A stretch of 64,000 nucleotides of DNA, taken from the NCBI GenBank assembly GCA_964106645.2, contig OZ067043.1. One strand, 5' to 3'. Under the pieces are notes generated by a model. It made no database searches. It worked only from the letters and a program-made list of their open reading frames with translations, and was not told where the DNA came from. Source of the DNA: Podarcis pityusensis. Lineage: Eukaryota. Of the stretch, positions 1-12,900 are shown piece after piece. Every line of letters starts with the position of its first letter. Position 1 is the stretch's first letter. The position numbers and the translations under genes are program-made.

Positions 1-128
1 TTCTCAAACTTGCATCTCCAGCTGTTGTTGGACTATAGTTCCCATCATCTCAGACCACTGGTCCTGCTAGCTAGGGGTGGTGGGAGTTGTAGGCCAACAG
101 CAGCAGGAGACCCAAGTGAGGAACACTG
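1..128. mobile_element. Palindromic hAT-like MITE (ACTACAACTCCCATCATCCC family), truncated at the window edge
   Basis: Same internal inverted arms as the copies at 30610 and 63134. Confidence 0.7.
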
Positions 129-416
129 CTTTAGTACCAACAGTCTGTTTGGCAGCATGATTTTTCTGCCTATATCATGAATCTGTGTCCCCTGCTTAGT
201 CAAGGTCTAAGCACTGGGCACACAGCTCAGCCTCTTCCTAAGGATCTAGAAGGGCAATTCTGAAGTAAACGTTTCTCACAAGCAACTCATTAGGCCTGGA
301 TAAGAGAGGAGGGGTAGACTGTTCACAGGCATTGGGTAGGCCATGTTGGAGGGCCAGAGAGGTCATTGTGCTTTGGATTTCCATGGAGAAGTTAGAAGAG
401 AAGGAACACTACTTGC

Positions 417-549
417 TTTTCCTGAGGACTTGACACCCTTGATGAGGCAGAGGAAGACGACGACCCAAGAGACGCCCAGACAACCCAGAAGAGGGAGCCG
501 TACTTCGCCCAGGTTCCCAATGTCATCCGACAGCTTCAGCACATACCGC
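417..549 (-). CDS. SLC6A9: SLC6A9/GlyT1 coding exon (133 bp): (R)[44 protein letters not shown]; the gene continues beyond the left edge
   Basis: Manual minus-strand translation matches the GlyT1 EL2 end and TM4. Acceptor ccag|G at 551-550, phase 2 compatible with the upstream exon. Ends in phase 0 at a non-canonical GCAAGT donor (416-411). Confidence 0.95.
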
Positions 550-779
550 CTGGGGTAGAAGACAGCAGCACAAACCAGAGTTCATATGTGCTCCAGAAAA
601 CACACCCCAACCAATCTGCACCTGCCCAACCTGCCCCCACCCAAAGGTCCAACCCCAGACATTAGGGCTGCTGACATTGCCAGGAGTGACAGCCTATTAT
701 GTTAAATGCTGGCGTAATGGCCTTAGGACATTAGCTGCTTTGATCAAACAGTTGAAAATCGGAGATAGGAACCTTTGCA

Positions 780-784
<5 letters not shown>

Positions 785-812
<28 letters not shown>
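785..812. repeat. (AAGC)n microsatellite
   Basis: Direct inspection. Confidence 0.9.
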
Positions 813-1569
813 GAGTGAATACACACAATTTAGCACTAGCCTCAAGGTTTTGGTTATTTCTAGACCACTTGCATCATGAGACTTAGAAAAAGAAAAAAAA
901 TATCACAAGCATCTCTCAGATTCCTATGGGAACAGTCAATTTATAACCCTCCTCACAATATAAGAAACATTTCAGGGCCCGACTGGAGCTGAGGTCAATC
1001 AGAAGATGAATATAAAAATAATCCTCAACATATATTCTGTTCCAATCTTGTAATTCAAGAGGCAAAATACACAGGATGGTTTTGAACTTTTAAAGTGAAA
1101 ATGCTGCAGGCTCATATTCACACCTACTATCTCCATCCCTTGGCTCAGCAATAAAGAGCCTGCCTTCGAATTATCCAGATGTGCTTGCCTCTGGCTGCAA
1201 ATCCTTAGACACTCTCCCATCATTTATGACAAACAAGAGGTTTCCCCACATTCATTCTGATGACCCATGAAACTTTCAGGACAGCTGCATTCAAAACTTT
1301 TGTGCTTGGTCCCTATTTGGGGCAACATCTCTCCAATATGCAGCCTCCCTTAGAGACACCCAGTGATCCCAGGTCTGGAGCGTTTTGGTAACATCCTTAA
1401 CAATTTAGGGAAGGTAAAAATAAGGCCATGATCTCCATCTGGCATATTTGAACTAAGATGTGTCCATGGTGGTCAGCTTGTTCTCTTGTGAGGCAGGCCC
1501 TCAGTTCCCGACTGACAAGCTGGTTCCCTCTTCATCCCACACCCATTTGCCCCCCTCCATCATCATCAC

Positions 1570-1825
1570 CTCCAGTATTCCTCACTGGGGCTCGTGCGCT
1601 TGGCCGTCTGGTTAAAGAGTTGTGTGAAGTTGAGCGATGACCCAGCTGAGCCATTGGTAACGTCCAACACACCAGCGCAATCAGGTGTGTTCCAGTAGTT
1701 GCCGCAGTACGTCCAGGGTAGCACCCGTGTCATTGATGAGAAGAAATAATAGAAGGCGATGCAGATCACGACGTTGTAGTAGATTCCAATGTAGCTGGAC
1801 ACAACCATCATACCATACCCAACAC
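1570..1825 (-). CDS. SLC6A9: SLC6A9 coding exon (256 bp): (G)[84 protein letters not shown](R), TM3 and EL2
   Basis: Lies within ORF 1566..1853. GlyT1 TM3 and the EL2 Cys pair are present. Acceptor ccag|GT at 1827-1826 and donor AG|GTGATG at 1569. Confidence 0.97.
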
Positions 1826-2439
1826 CTGGAGGGAAAGGAAAGCGTGAGCACAAGTTGCAAGGGGGAGAGCTCTAAGGCATCTAGGGATGGGAGTTTGCAG
1901 CCAAATAAAGTATATGGCCTGTGCAAGTATGGACACACATACACTGAGGCTGTGGATATAAGGCACAGGCAGACAAACTGCAGCACAATTTGGGCCTGGT
2001 TATGCAATTTGTTGATTTATTATTTAACGTACCAAGACCTCAGCTTTCTGCCTAGTCAGCACTCAGGCCTGCATGCCTGCCCACCCCTTTCACACATTAT
2101 GCTGCTGCTGCCTGCCCTCCCTGGTTCACTAACAGCAAAGGCACAACTGCAACAAGGAACGTGAGATGCAGGTGGAGGGAGCACACTGGCTGCACAGATG
2201 CTGCATCATGCCCTGCATGGTCTCCTGCACTTACAACAGGTGAGACTAAGCATGATGAAAAGGAAGTGGTATTACATGTGCAGTATTACATGTTCTAAAT
2301 TTTGCTTTTGAACTAATCCTGCCCAGAGATGCCAAAGGTCCACTGCCCCAAAATACTGATTATCTGTCTTAAATTGATTTTGCTCCTAGCAACTCCAGTT
2401 GAAATGCAAATACTGTACGGATGTGCGCACAAGTCTCTA

Positions 2440-2985
<546 letters not shown>

Positions 2986-3429
2986 TTCAAGCCAGTGGAA
3001 AAGGAGCTTCAAAACCCTTAAGAAATGCAGAGATTTCCCCCAAGTGTCATATTCTGGGTGGGGAGAAAGCTGCCCAGAGTGTGGCATGGAATCCCAGTCC
3101 TCTCCTGCAGGAGGAGCCCTATACTCACCAGATAGTTGTGTATGAAGCTCCTAGGATACACCTTCGTCTGTGGGGACAAAGTTCCATCCCGGAACTAGCA
3201 GGACACAGCACTGCAATTCCCACCACACACAAACACACACACCAGTGCTATGCCAGAGCACTGGGTTTAGTGCCGGCTGGGGGCAGGGAATCAGTCCTAC
3301 CCTGCTATTTGCAACACTGCACACGCTCTAGCCCCAGACAGTGTCAGGGCCAGGACTGTCAGCAAATGCAATGCAGAGTGGGTCCTATCTCTCTTGTGCT
3401 GCATGCACCCTTCCCCGGCCAATACTCAC

Positions 3430-3586
3430 CTCCTCCATTGCGATAGCAGAGGTAAGGGAAGCGCCATACATTGCCAAGCCCAACAGCGTAGCCAACGCTC
3501 GTGAGAACAAACTCGATCTGGTTGCCCCAGTTGCCACGCTTGAGGTTCTCGTCTCGCTTAGCCGTCTCGCCAGGCACAGCACCATT
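3430..3586 (-). CDS. SLC6A9: SLC6A9 coding exon (157 bp): [52 protein letters not shown](G), TM1 with the SLC6 signature
   Basis: Contains the SLC6/NSS motif [18 protein letters not shown] and the GlyT1-specific NGAVP...[18 protein letters not shown]. Acceptor gcag|AAT at 3588-3587 (phase 0) and donor GAG|GTGAGT at 3429. Confidence 0.98.
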
Positions 3587-3768
3587 CTGCCAGAAGAGGA
3601 CAGTCAGTTATTGCAGGTAGGGGAATGGCAAGAGGGTGGGCGGAGGTAAGTTATCCTATTCCTTCCTTCTGGGTCTCCCCTACTGTCAATCCTGTAAGGT
3701 CTTCCCACAAAAAGAGGGGCTTTAGAAGGGGCAACAGGCAGATAACAAAACAAGTCATATGGATGGGG

Positions 3769-3800
<32 letters not shown>
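3769..3800. repeat. (AC)n microsatellite
   Basis: Direct inspection. Confidence 0.9.
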
Positions 3801-4124
3801 CCTTCTGCAACTTTGGATGCTTGCGCTGCTGGTGGTTTAAAGTCACTCCCCTTCCCCAGCTGGAGGCAAAGCAGGCAGGGGGCGGAGAGTTTGATTATGC
3901 TAAGGGGGCTGCTACCCCCTGCCTGCCCAGATGAATAGTCCTGGGTCAGGCTGTAGGGAAGCTGGCAGCTGCAGCCCATACAAAGCAGGCATAAGAGGAG
4001 TCAGCACAAAGGAGCCTCTGTGCCTGTTCCCTCTGCCTGCCTACTGATGGAGCACAAGAGGCCACAGGAAAGGCAAGCAGATCCCTTTACTCACTGGCAG
4101 GGAAGCTAAGCCCATCAGGGCATC

Positions 4125-5150
4125 AGAAAAGCCCTGCTGGACCACACCAAGCCCCACCTAACCCAGCATACTGCTTCCATCAGTGGCCAGAACAATTGCT
4201 TTGGGAAGCCCACAAGCCAGGAGGGGGGCTTCATGAAGATACCTGTTGTTTTGTCCCTGGCACCTGATATTTACAGATTTATCTGAATCATTTATGTCAT
4301 TACTTCATGAATGAACTCTCCATGTGGAGGTTTCATTTAAGCCAGAGGTTTTCAACCTTCTTGAGTCCATGGCTCCCTTGACCAACTACGTTCTTTCTGT
4401 GGCACCCCTGTGGGGCTCAGGAGCCCAGTTATGTCACCCCTTGCTTGCAGAGCTGGCAGCCTCACACACTTTTTTGAACACCCCCCCTTGTGGAGTGTTC
4501 CCTCAGCCTCCTCTCCGCTTCCCTCTCCTTGGGAGTCCTCCAGGCAGCACCTTAAATTGGGAGGCAGCAGTGGCTGCAGCAGGAGCCGCTGGGCCTACAT
4601 GGCAGATAGGCTCCCCTTCAGCACAGGGCACTCGGATCCCAGGCAAGCCTTGGAAACAGCAAGAACAAGAAAGGCCAGCGCAGTACCTGCCTGCCTGCCC
4701 GGCCTCCCAATTGTCTGTCCATTCCCCACAGCAAGGGCTGGCGGACTGGCTGGCTGGGCTCCCTCATCCACTTGCTTGCTTACTCTGAGGCTGCCTCAGC
4801 TCCTGGCAACCAACACCTCCTGGCCAGCCCCACAGGCACCAGTTGCCTGGGGAGCTTGTAGCCAGGGCTTCAACAAACAGCTATGCAAGCCTTTGGGAGG
4901 TAGATGTGAAAGGGCATCAGAGGAGGGAGGGAAGGAAAGAGGGACAGAGCCCAGTGTTGCCCGCAGCACCCCTGACCATCATTCAAGACACCCCAGGTTA
5001 GAAACCACTGATTTAAGCCATTGTGACCGACTGCTGTTGAGACTTCGCATCCTGTAATTATTTATCGCCCTTTACAAAGCCCTATAAGCCAGTGACCATT
5101 ACTGTATCCTGTGACAGGGAATGCCCAATGTTAACTATGTTTTGTGTGAA
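4125..5150 (-). mobile_element. Old CR1-like LINE 3' fragment split by the hAT element at 4343-5010
   Basis: AAGCCCTGCTGGA...CCAGCAT...CAGTGGCCA...GGGAAGCCCACAAGC resembles the squamate CR1 3' end (from recall). The sequence resumes after the TSD. Confidence 0.5.
4343..5010. mobile_element. Non-autonomous hAT (Charlie-like) DNA transposon, 668 bp
   Basis: TIRs CAGAGGTTTTCAACCT / CAGTGGTTTCTAACCT and a perfect 8-bp TSD ATTTAAGC (4335-4342, 5011-5018). Confidence 0.88.
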
Positions 5151-7004
5151 AAAGGAACAGAAATATACTCGTGCTTGTTCCTGGCAATCTCAGGAGGAAA
5201 ACTGGATCCTCTCTTTGGCTCTTGGTAGCTAATTCAGAATATGCCCATTGAGCGTACAGTCTATGGATGTTTACATGGCATCACTAAATTGCCCTTTTAT
5301 AGATGTTAAGTCCCTTTTATACTCACAATAAAAGTGGGGAAATTACTATATCTGACCTGTCAGCCCATAAGTGAGAGCTGTTCTATTAAGAACATATAAT
5401 GGTAAACGGACTACAGGCAACTCCCCGTTTGCATGAGGATTGAGTTCCGGGTCACTGCGCATGTCAGCGGTCACATGTAAGCCTGTTCCACCCCCACCCC
5501 CATCTGGGGCCAAAAACAACATATGCACCAGCAAATTTGGGTTGCACAGTTATAACTTGTGTGACAAGCCAGCTTCTTCCCTGTAAGACTGGAAACTGGT
5601 GGGAAGAATGCATTAGAGAGTGGAGAGGGTGGGGAGAGAAACACTTGCTTTGACGCAATGTCATCTAATCTCCCCAAAAACAATTCTGAACCAATGGTCA
5701 TTAAATAGCCAATGTTATCTCCCTGCAAACAAATCAGGGCGAATGCTTAGTAAACCGGTCATCTGGAAGGAAGTGCCCACGGTGTGTCTATCTGTGACAA
5801 AGGCTGGTTATTGGCTGTAGTAAAAGGATATCACCAGGAGAGGGAGCCTCAGTCCTCCTTAATCATACCGAGTCCTTTAAGGTCTGTCAGAGAAAATAAA
5901 TGATACTAAAAAATCTTGGCCCATCACCCTAGAGTTCCCCTTCTGAATGCGTCCAATGCTAGCCCAAGCCTTAGACATGCCCCCAATTTCTCTATCCCCT
6001 AAGGGGCAGGGGGAAGAACAGAGGCTACTTGCCGCAGCGTTGACAGAGCCAAGGTCTGAGCTACCTTTGGAACAGTACGACTTCCAAGTGGCTGGAAGCA
6101 CTCAGCCCCACACAGAAGAAGCCCAAGCACCACACAGGACAGGATGCTGTCATCAAGCGTAGCCGCTTTCTGCAGGACAAAAATGGAGCTTTTATGCATC
6201 TAGCTCCATCCTGGCACCACCAGTTCCCTGTACTGCCCAAGGATAACAATGGCAGCCTTCAGATCAAAGGAACGGGAGATGTGCTGTGTCAACAACAAAG
6301 CCTGGCTTCTCTTCGCTTAGAGCGGATGGGGCACATCTGGCCGTGCTCTGGAGCAATATTTCTCTGGCGGCTACTGCCTGTACCTTGCCCCCTCCTCCTA
6401 CTGAGAGATGGGACATCACCTGAAGATGCTTCTGGGTTCAGTTCTCCTGCATGAGACTTAAGTGATCGTTAGTTCGCTTGCCTACCTACTTGAGGGGTAA
6501 ATCAGAATTTGAAGTAAGTTGGATCAGCAATTTGCAAAGACTCTCCTCTGTCAACTGCCACTTGGAAAATTATTAACATCTTATTAAGAAAATTTCAGTT
6601 ATAGAGAAAATAAACTGATAAAAGAGAAGGGAGAGAGAGAAGTACAAATAAAAAAACAAAAAAATTAAAACATAAGAAAAGACATAGGATACACTAAATA
6701 TAATCAGCTACACTACCATACATATAGATATATCAGTACTATTGTTGTCTAGATACATATATGGTTATTAATAATCTACTATATTCTGTATAATCTCATT
6801 GCAAATGTCAATATATTTCACCTATTATTCATAAGTAATTAAATAAACCATGACAGAGCTGTTTCTTTCCAGTTGAAGGAGTGATCTGTCAATAAGCAAA
6901 GATTGGGAGCAGGGCGTTGCAGCTGGCGCATCCTAGAATCCCTTGGTTATACGGATGGATGATCAGCCCTGTGCTAGCAGCTTTTGCATCTTGACTGTTT
7001 AAAT

Positions 7005-7114
7005 CAGGGGCAGGGAAACTTGTGGCCCTCCAGACACTGCAGGGCCGCAATTCCCACCATCCTCAACCAGGGATGCTGGGGTTTGTAGTTCAGCCACAGG
7101 TTTCCCCAACCCTG
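7005..7114. mobile_element. Degenerate palindromic hAT-like MITE
   Basis: CAGGGG...CCCTG ends, with internal similarity to the 30610 family. Confidence 0.55.
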
Positions 7115-8899
7115 GGTTTAAACCTCCCCAACCCAATGCTGCTGCTTCTCATGAGGGTCTAAAGCACTTCCTTTTATTTTCTGAGAAACTCACGTTGGCT
7201 CCTGTGGTTTGCACCTCACACCCAGCCAGTGATCCCTCCAGTTGCTGGTGTGTTAGGAAGAGGGTGCTGCACTTGAGTGCTTATGAGATAGGTCAGCTTT
7301 ACTACAGGAAGCAGAAAAAAGGGTATTGTAAAGAAAAAGTGGGTGTCCTAGGAAAGGAGCTCTTGGCCTCTGTGGGCCCTCCTGTTCATGGCTGGGGATC
7401 CAGCAGCAGCCTGCCCCTGCCCCATGTTCCAGGATGCTTTGCTGGGGAGGATGTTGCTCCCTGAGCCCCACTACTTCTCGGGAGCTCCGAGATGAACAGG
7501 CTGCCAGCAGGAGCGTTTCGCAGGAGCCTCTCCTGTGGATGCACCTCCTTTGCTCTCCCCCTGGTGCACGCAGCACACTCCACGTAGGCGCACGTGGCTG
7601 CCCGCTGATCGCAAACAATTGCTGTGAGCACTCAGCAAATGGAAGCCGTCGTTTCAGCTTTGCCTCCTGCCACTGGGATGGGAGGGGGCTGGCAGCCGGC
7701 GAGTTGTGCACCTAACCGTGTCATTCAATTAGAGCCAGCAGCCGCTCTGGCACAGAGCTGCCAAGGAGCCATCTGCTGCGCTAACTGGGGGGACTGGCAG
7801 GGTACGGGAGAGCCACGCCTGCTAGAAGTGACCTCTGCTGTGAGCCCTGGCCATGGAAGCCGGAGTGGGGATTGTGGCATCATGGGGACTCGGCAGCAAC
7901 CTAAAGGATCACCTCCAAGGATCTCCATGCTCTGCAAGGGACAAGGAGACCCTGCACACAACCTGTCTCCAAAGAAAAGACCGCACACACAATACATTTA
8001 TAGCACACACACCCCAAAAGAATCCTGGGAGCTGTAGTTGGTTAAGGGTACTGAGAAGTGTAGCTCTATGAGGGGCAAACTACAATTCCCATTATCCTTA
8101 GGGGGGGTGTTTTAAAAATATGGTATGTACACAGCCAAAGGTATACATTTGCCAGTGGCAAGCAGGGAATAATACCACATCCTAATATCCTTATCCCAAT
8201 CTTTCTCTGTATTCTTCACATCCACCCTTGACACAAGGGAGGCTTGAAGTCATTTCCCCACGATAAGTGGAGTCTTGGAGGGGCAAATGCAAAGAGGGGA
8301 AGTCAGCAAACACTTTGCATACACAGAATGCACCCCAACCATAGTTGCAAGACAAGGGAGTCAGGCCAAGAGACAATCCTGCATCATGGCAACGTTTGAC
8401 CCAGCAGTTCCAAGGGCTGCTCTTATGGGGGATGTTTGTGTTTTAGGGGCAGAGAATCTGGCACTTTTGAAGAGCTGTAGCACAATATAACCTTTAACAG
8501 ATGTTGCCTCTCCTCCATCAATTCTGAAATGAGAAACAGAATATGAACGGAGCCCCAGAGCGTTCTAAGACTAGCAGTGAGATACATGTATTTATGCATA
8601 TTTGTCCCAAGGTTTCTCTGCATGCTTGTTTACAGAAAAGTATGTGTGTAACTGTTACATACCTGCACATATACATGTGTATACATGCATCTAGGTATGT
8701 GCAAATAACCTTGCATGGTTTGCTTAGACGGGGATAAGGTTGATGGCCTGAGCATTGCCAGCAACTTTCCCTTGGTGCCTTTTGGCTGAAGGCTAAACCA
8801 GCCCTGTCACATGGGGTCTTTAATATGGGTGGCTACTCTTAACCAAACAGCCTTCTCCCTCCAGATACAGTCAAGCTGTTACTGCATAAATGCAGCTTC

Positions 8900-9420
8900 T
8901 GGAGGGGCAGTTCTGTTAATCTGTTGCAGCAAAACCAACAAAGTGCCTTGTGGCATCTTAAAGACTGAACCAATTTATTACGACACTAAGTATTATCCTC
9001 ATTTGGTTCTGTAAATACACCACACACTCACACTGTGCATAGCAAAAAGAAGAAGAAAAAGGACAACCAGTGGAGCGGAATGGCAATAAAATGCAAAAAG
9101 TACATGCAAAGACTGAATTGAACTTAAATGGGGATGGGAAGAGCAGCAGCATTCACAACAGCAGTAACTAGTAAAAATACAACCATCCTAGCATTGTTAA
9201 TTAGCAAACTGTACTGGAACAGGAACCACTGTGTCTATTTATGCCCAAACGGATACAAGAAAACTTCTTAATAAGTTCTGATTCAGTCCTTTCAGCTGCT
9301 GACATCTCTCTTTAACATTTCCATGTTGAAGAGAAGCAGCTTCCAGGTCAGCAGTGGAGTGTGTCGGAAGAATTAAATGTTCGTTCAGTGGATTCTGATA
9401 AAAAGACAGGTATCTCACCA
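8900..9420 (-). mobile_element. Decayed Penelope-like retroelement (GIY-YIG C-terminal remnant and terminal repeat)
   Basis: ORF 9239..9421 reads NPLNEHLILPTHSTADLEAASLQ, like the Penelope PV.EHFNLP.HS..DL...IL motif. The terminal motif TTGCAGCAAAA..AACAAAG..CTTGTGGCATCTTAAAGACT is at ~8924-8966. Confidence 0.6.
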
Positions 9421-10044
9421 TATCAGACCTGGGCTAGAAGCTCCAGCCCACTTGGATGATGGCGTATGTGTAATTTTATCTCAAAGAGTCCCCACAAAGA
9501 CAATCTGAGGATATTGGCGCAATAACAGGTTATTCCACTCCTGGCTTTCGTGGCAAGTTTCCTATTGAGGTTCTGGGTCTGTACCCACCTGAAGGAAGCT
9601 TCTTTCTTTGGCTTTGTAAGATGTGTGACACAATTGACAGCAGAGGCTCCTCAGTGCTTTTCCACTTAGACCAATAGGCCTTTCACCAGGGCACAGCAGG
9701 GAATCTGGGGCAGAGAGAGGAAGTGCTAGCACCCCCTCCCTTTCTCTCACCCGCGGAAGCAGGGAGTCCAGATGCTGTAAATCAAGCAATGAGTGCGTTC
9801 CCAGCTCCCCTCCCGCTCTGCCCCCCATTCCTTCTGCATTGATCGAGTCCTTGCCGGGCGCTTGCGGCCATTCATGTTCCCTGAGCATGGGCTCGGGACG
9901 AGATGTTCAGGCGGCAGCCACATGTGACCGCGTGGCACGTTCGCTGGCACAGTTAATGGGGTTGCCAGCCTGGCTACACAGCACTTTGCAAGGAATTGGA
10001 TACACAGCCTGGTAGCCTTCCCCATAAGGAGTCATAACGGTGCG

Positions 10045-10860
10045 GTAGCTATGTCAGGCTGTTGCAGCAAAAACAGCAAGAATATTGCGGCATCTCAAAG
10101 ACCTGTGGAGTAGAGTCCACTTGATCAGATGCATGAAGCGTTATCCTGCATTTGCTGTGGTGGTGGGGGTCTCTCTCTGAGTGCATGTATGTATATCAGC
10201 TGTGCCTGCATGCCACAATAATGCTGTTGGAAGCGGAGTTCTGATTTGTTACCATGAAATAAACCAAAAATGTAAAGCCAAGAACAAAAGTTGACTGCTG
10301 TTCACAACTGCCCAGAAATAAATATACCATGAATACGTTTGTTTGTTTGTTTTTACACTAAAACTTTGTCAAATCGCTATACAAATCGTTGTGTATGGCC
10401 AACACACAAATCCTCTCTCTAATAATTAGTAAACTAATTAACAATGTGGTAAAATGAGCTACTGTTGCTCGATTCTGGCACAGGTGAGAGAACTGAACTT
10501 TTCATAAATTACAGTTCAGCAGTTTCAAGCTGGAAGTCTCCCTCTGAAGTTCCTTTACTCAAGAAGGTCAGTAACAGTGAACTGGGTGGTTGAAGTGTCC
10601 CCCCCCCCCGGTGGTTTCTGAATAGGGTGGCAGTTTATGATGTTCTAGTACTGTAACATGAAGCCCCAGGGTATCACACAACACAACTGCCTCTATCCTT
10701 TATATTCTACTTGTGTCAGCTTGACATTAAAGAATGACTCTACACCATTAGGCTGTGAAGAAAAATGGTCATAGTTTGTCCTACCAGTTCAGCTGTCCTA
10801 GCTGGTACACAGTTTCCCATGGCCAAAGGAGCAGCATCTCAAGAGTAAGGGCAGCACTAT
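10045..10860 (-). mobile_element. Decayed Penelope-like retroelement
   Basis: Same terminal motif at ~10061-10103. The minus strand at 10501-10620 translates with frameshifts to KP..GHFNHPVH..DL..RNFRGRL..ETAEL. Confidence 0.6.
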
Positions 10861-12499
10861 AGTTGGCTGCAGGTCAGATCCTCCATGGCTGACTTCTTAA
10901 AGCATGCTGCTCACTCTGAGTAGCCTAATCCAACTTGAATTGCAAAGCGAGCGCTAATGAGGCTTCTGTTCTGCTTAATTAATGGGAGCTCAGTTCACTC
11001 TGGCCACGTGGTGGTCTGTTGGGCAGAGAACTCCCAATAGGAACTCAAAGAGAAGGCTGGAGTGAAACTCATGGAAGTGGCCCATTGACTTGGGCAACTC
11101 CCAGCATACACTGCTGCTTCTTAGCATGTTAGGATCAAGCCACTCTTTGCAAACAAATGCAGGGAATCGGTCCTCCACTGCTTCTGTTACTACTTCTTAG
11201 GGGGAGGTGAGTACCGAGGCTAATCCTCCGTTACCATTGCCTTTCTGTCACCTACTGGAAGAAACTACCAACCCTGCCATTTTTGGGCAGCCAAGACAAG
11301 CAGTGGCTATAGCAGGGCAGGAATGGGTCACACATTCCCTTATTAGAGGAAGACATGTGAATTAGCTCCCACAGTGGGTCAGAAATTAAATCAGTTGACT
11401 TTTCATGAAGGAAAACTGTCTTGGCAAGAAAACAGGTATTTGGCGGGTCTGGCCAAATCATGTATTGGTGGCAGCAATTTTACCTGTCGCATACAGACAG
11501 AATGTTTCACTGTTTGGGTAGATTTATAATGATATCCTCCAAGAACAAGGGCTGATTTAAACCAGTGCTTTAAATAAAGTATAAAACATATTTTATACTA
11601 AATTCTGCCTCAGCTTTATACTACTACCTAGGAGCATATATGGTCATGCAGCTTTCAATGGTGATGTTAATTATTCTGTTTGGCATTCTTTCTATACATA
11701 TGTGTAAAGTCACTTACTTGAATACTTTTATACAGAACTTTCCAGAAACAAGGGCTGGTAGTTACTGTATAGAAGAGCACTGCTCACGCATTCCCACCCA
11801 AGGCCTGCCAAGCATCCTCAGGAAGCATCCAGCAGCTCATTCATGCTCCAGATCCAAGGGCATAAGAACCTCCTGGAGGGGGGTGGAATAGGAGAAGAAC
11901 CATGTATGGGACCCTGGGGAAGAATGAGTTGCTGGGTATTCCTAGGGGCAGCAAGAGGTTAACCCAATAGGGGAAGGAACAGCTACACCAGCTTCTAGGG
12001 GGAAAGTTCCACACACCTTTCTATACTTGTGGAAGAGGATTCCATTTGGATCAGACATAAGAAAGTGATTCATAAATTAAAAAATAGCAGCAGCAACAAC
12101 AACCCTGGTCCAACAAACCAAAGAATAAGCTATGAGAACACAGACTCCTGCCTCTTCCCTTTTCTCTTCCTTAATTCAACATTTCCTTGTTTCCTGAATG
12201 AGTTTCCAACAATATATGAACTAGGAAATGATCATTTGAGTGATCCCTGTCAAGCAGGATAACAAACCATGGACTGCTATCTTGGTTTGTAGGGAGCATT
12301 CAAACCACAGTTTCTTAGTTTGGACATCATGGTTTGGATGCCACCAGTTTAATAACTTAAGTAGTACTGAATTAAAGTCCGTAAGTGGGATAAAAATGAA
12401 AAGTCTAAAACAAGCTGGTAGGCAGACACACACACTTTCATTATCAGTTTATAATTCCAAGCTTCTGTTCTGACTTTGTACTTGGCAGTTCTAGAGTGG

Positions 12500-12900
12500 T
12501 ATCTGTCTTAGCCTATTGCAACAACAACAAAAGGGTCTTGTGGCATCTTAAAGGACAACAAATTAATAAAGAGAATTACGGCATAAACGTTTGTGGACTA
12601 CAGTTGATTTCATCAAGTACATAAAGTTGCAAGTATATCTTCACATGGTTATTGGTGGGGGTTGAAGAATTGCAAATGCTGATGCCAGAGGTAGTAATAA
12701 ATTGTGTAAATAACAGTGGTAATTTACAAAACAGTTGTTGCTGATAACACAGAAACCCTGACATTTGTAAACTAGGTAGCACGCAGAGTGTGATAAACAA
12801 ATAAACATTGTCCCAAATTTCCAATTCAGTCAACAAATTATAGCACTGAACCTCTTGATGAATTCAGTGGTTTTACACTGCAATTTCTCTTTAAAGCTCT
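12500..12900 (-). mobile_element. Penelope-like remnant (terminal region)
   Basis: TTGCAACAACAACAAAAGGGTCTTGTGGCATCTTAAAG at ~12516-12553 matches the 8924 and 10061 motifs. Confidence 0.5.

Noticed and set aside
4324-5057. 154- and 215-aa ORFs
   Set aside because: Lie inside a TIR/TSD-bounded non-autonomous hAT element and have no transposase motifs.
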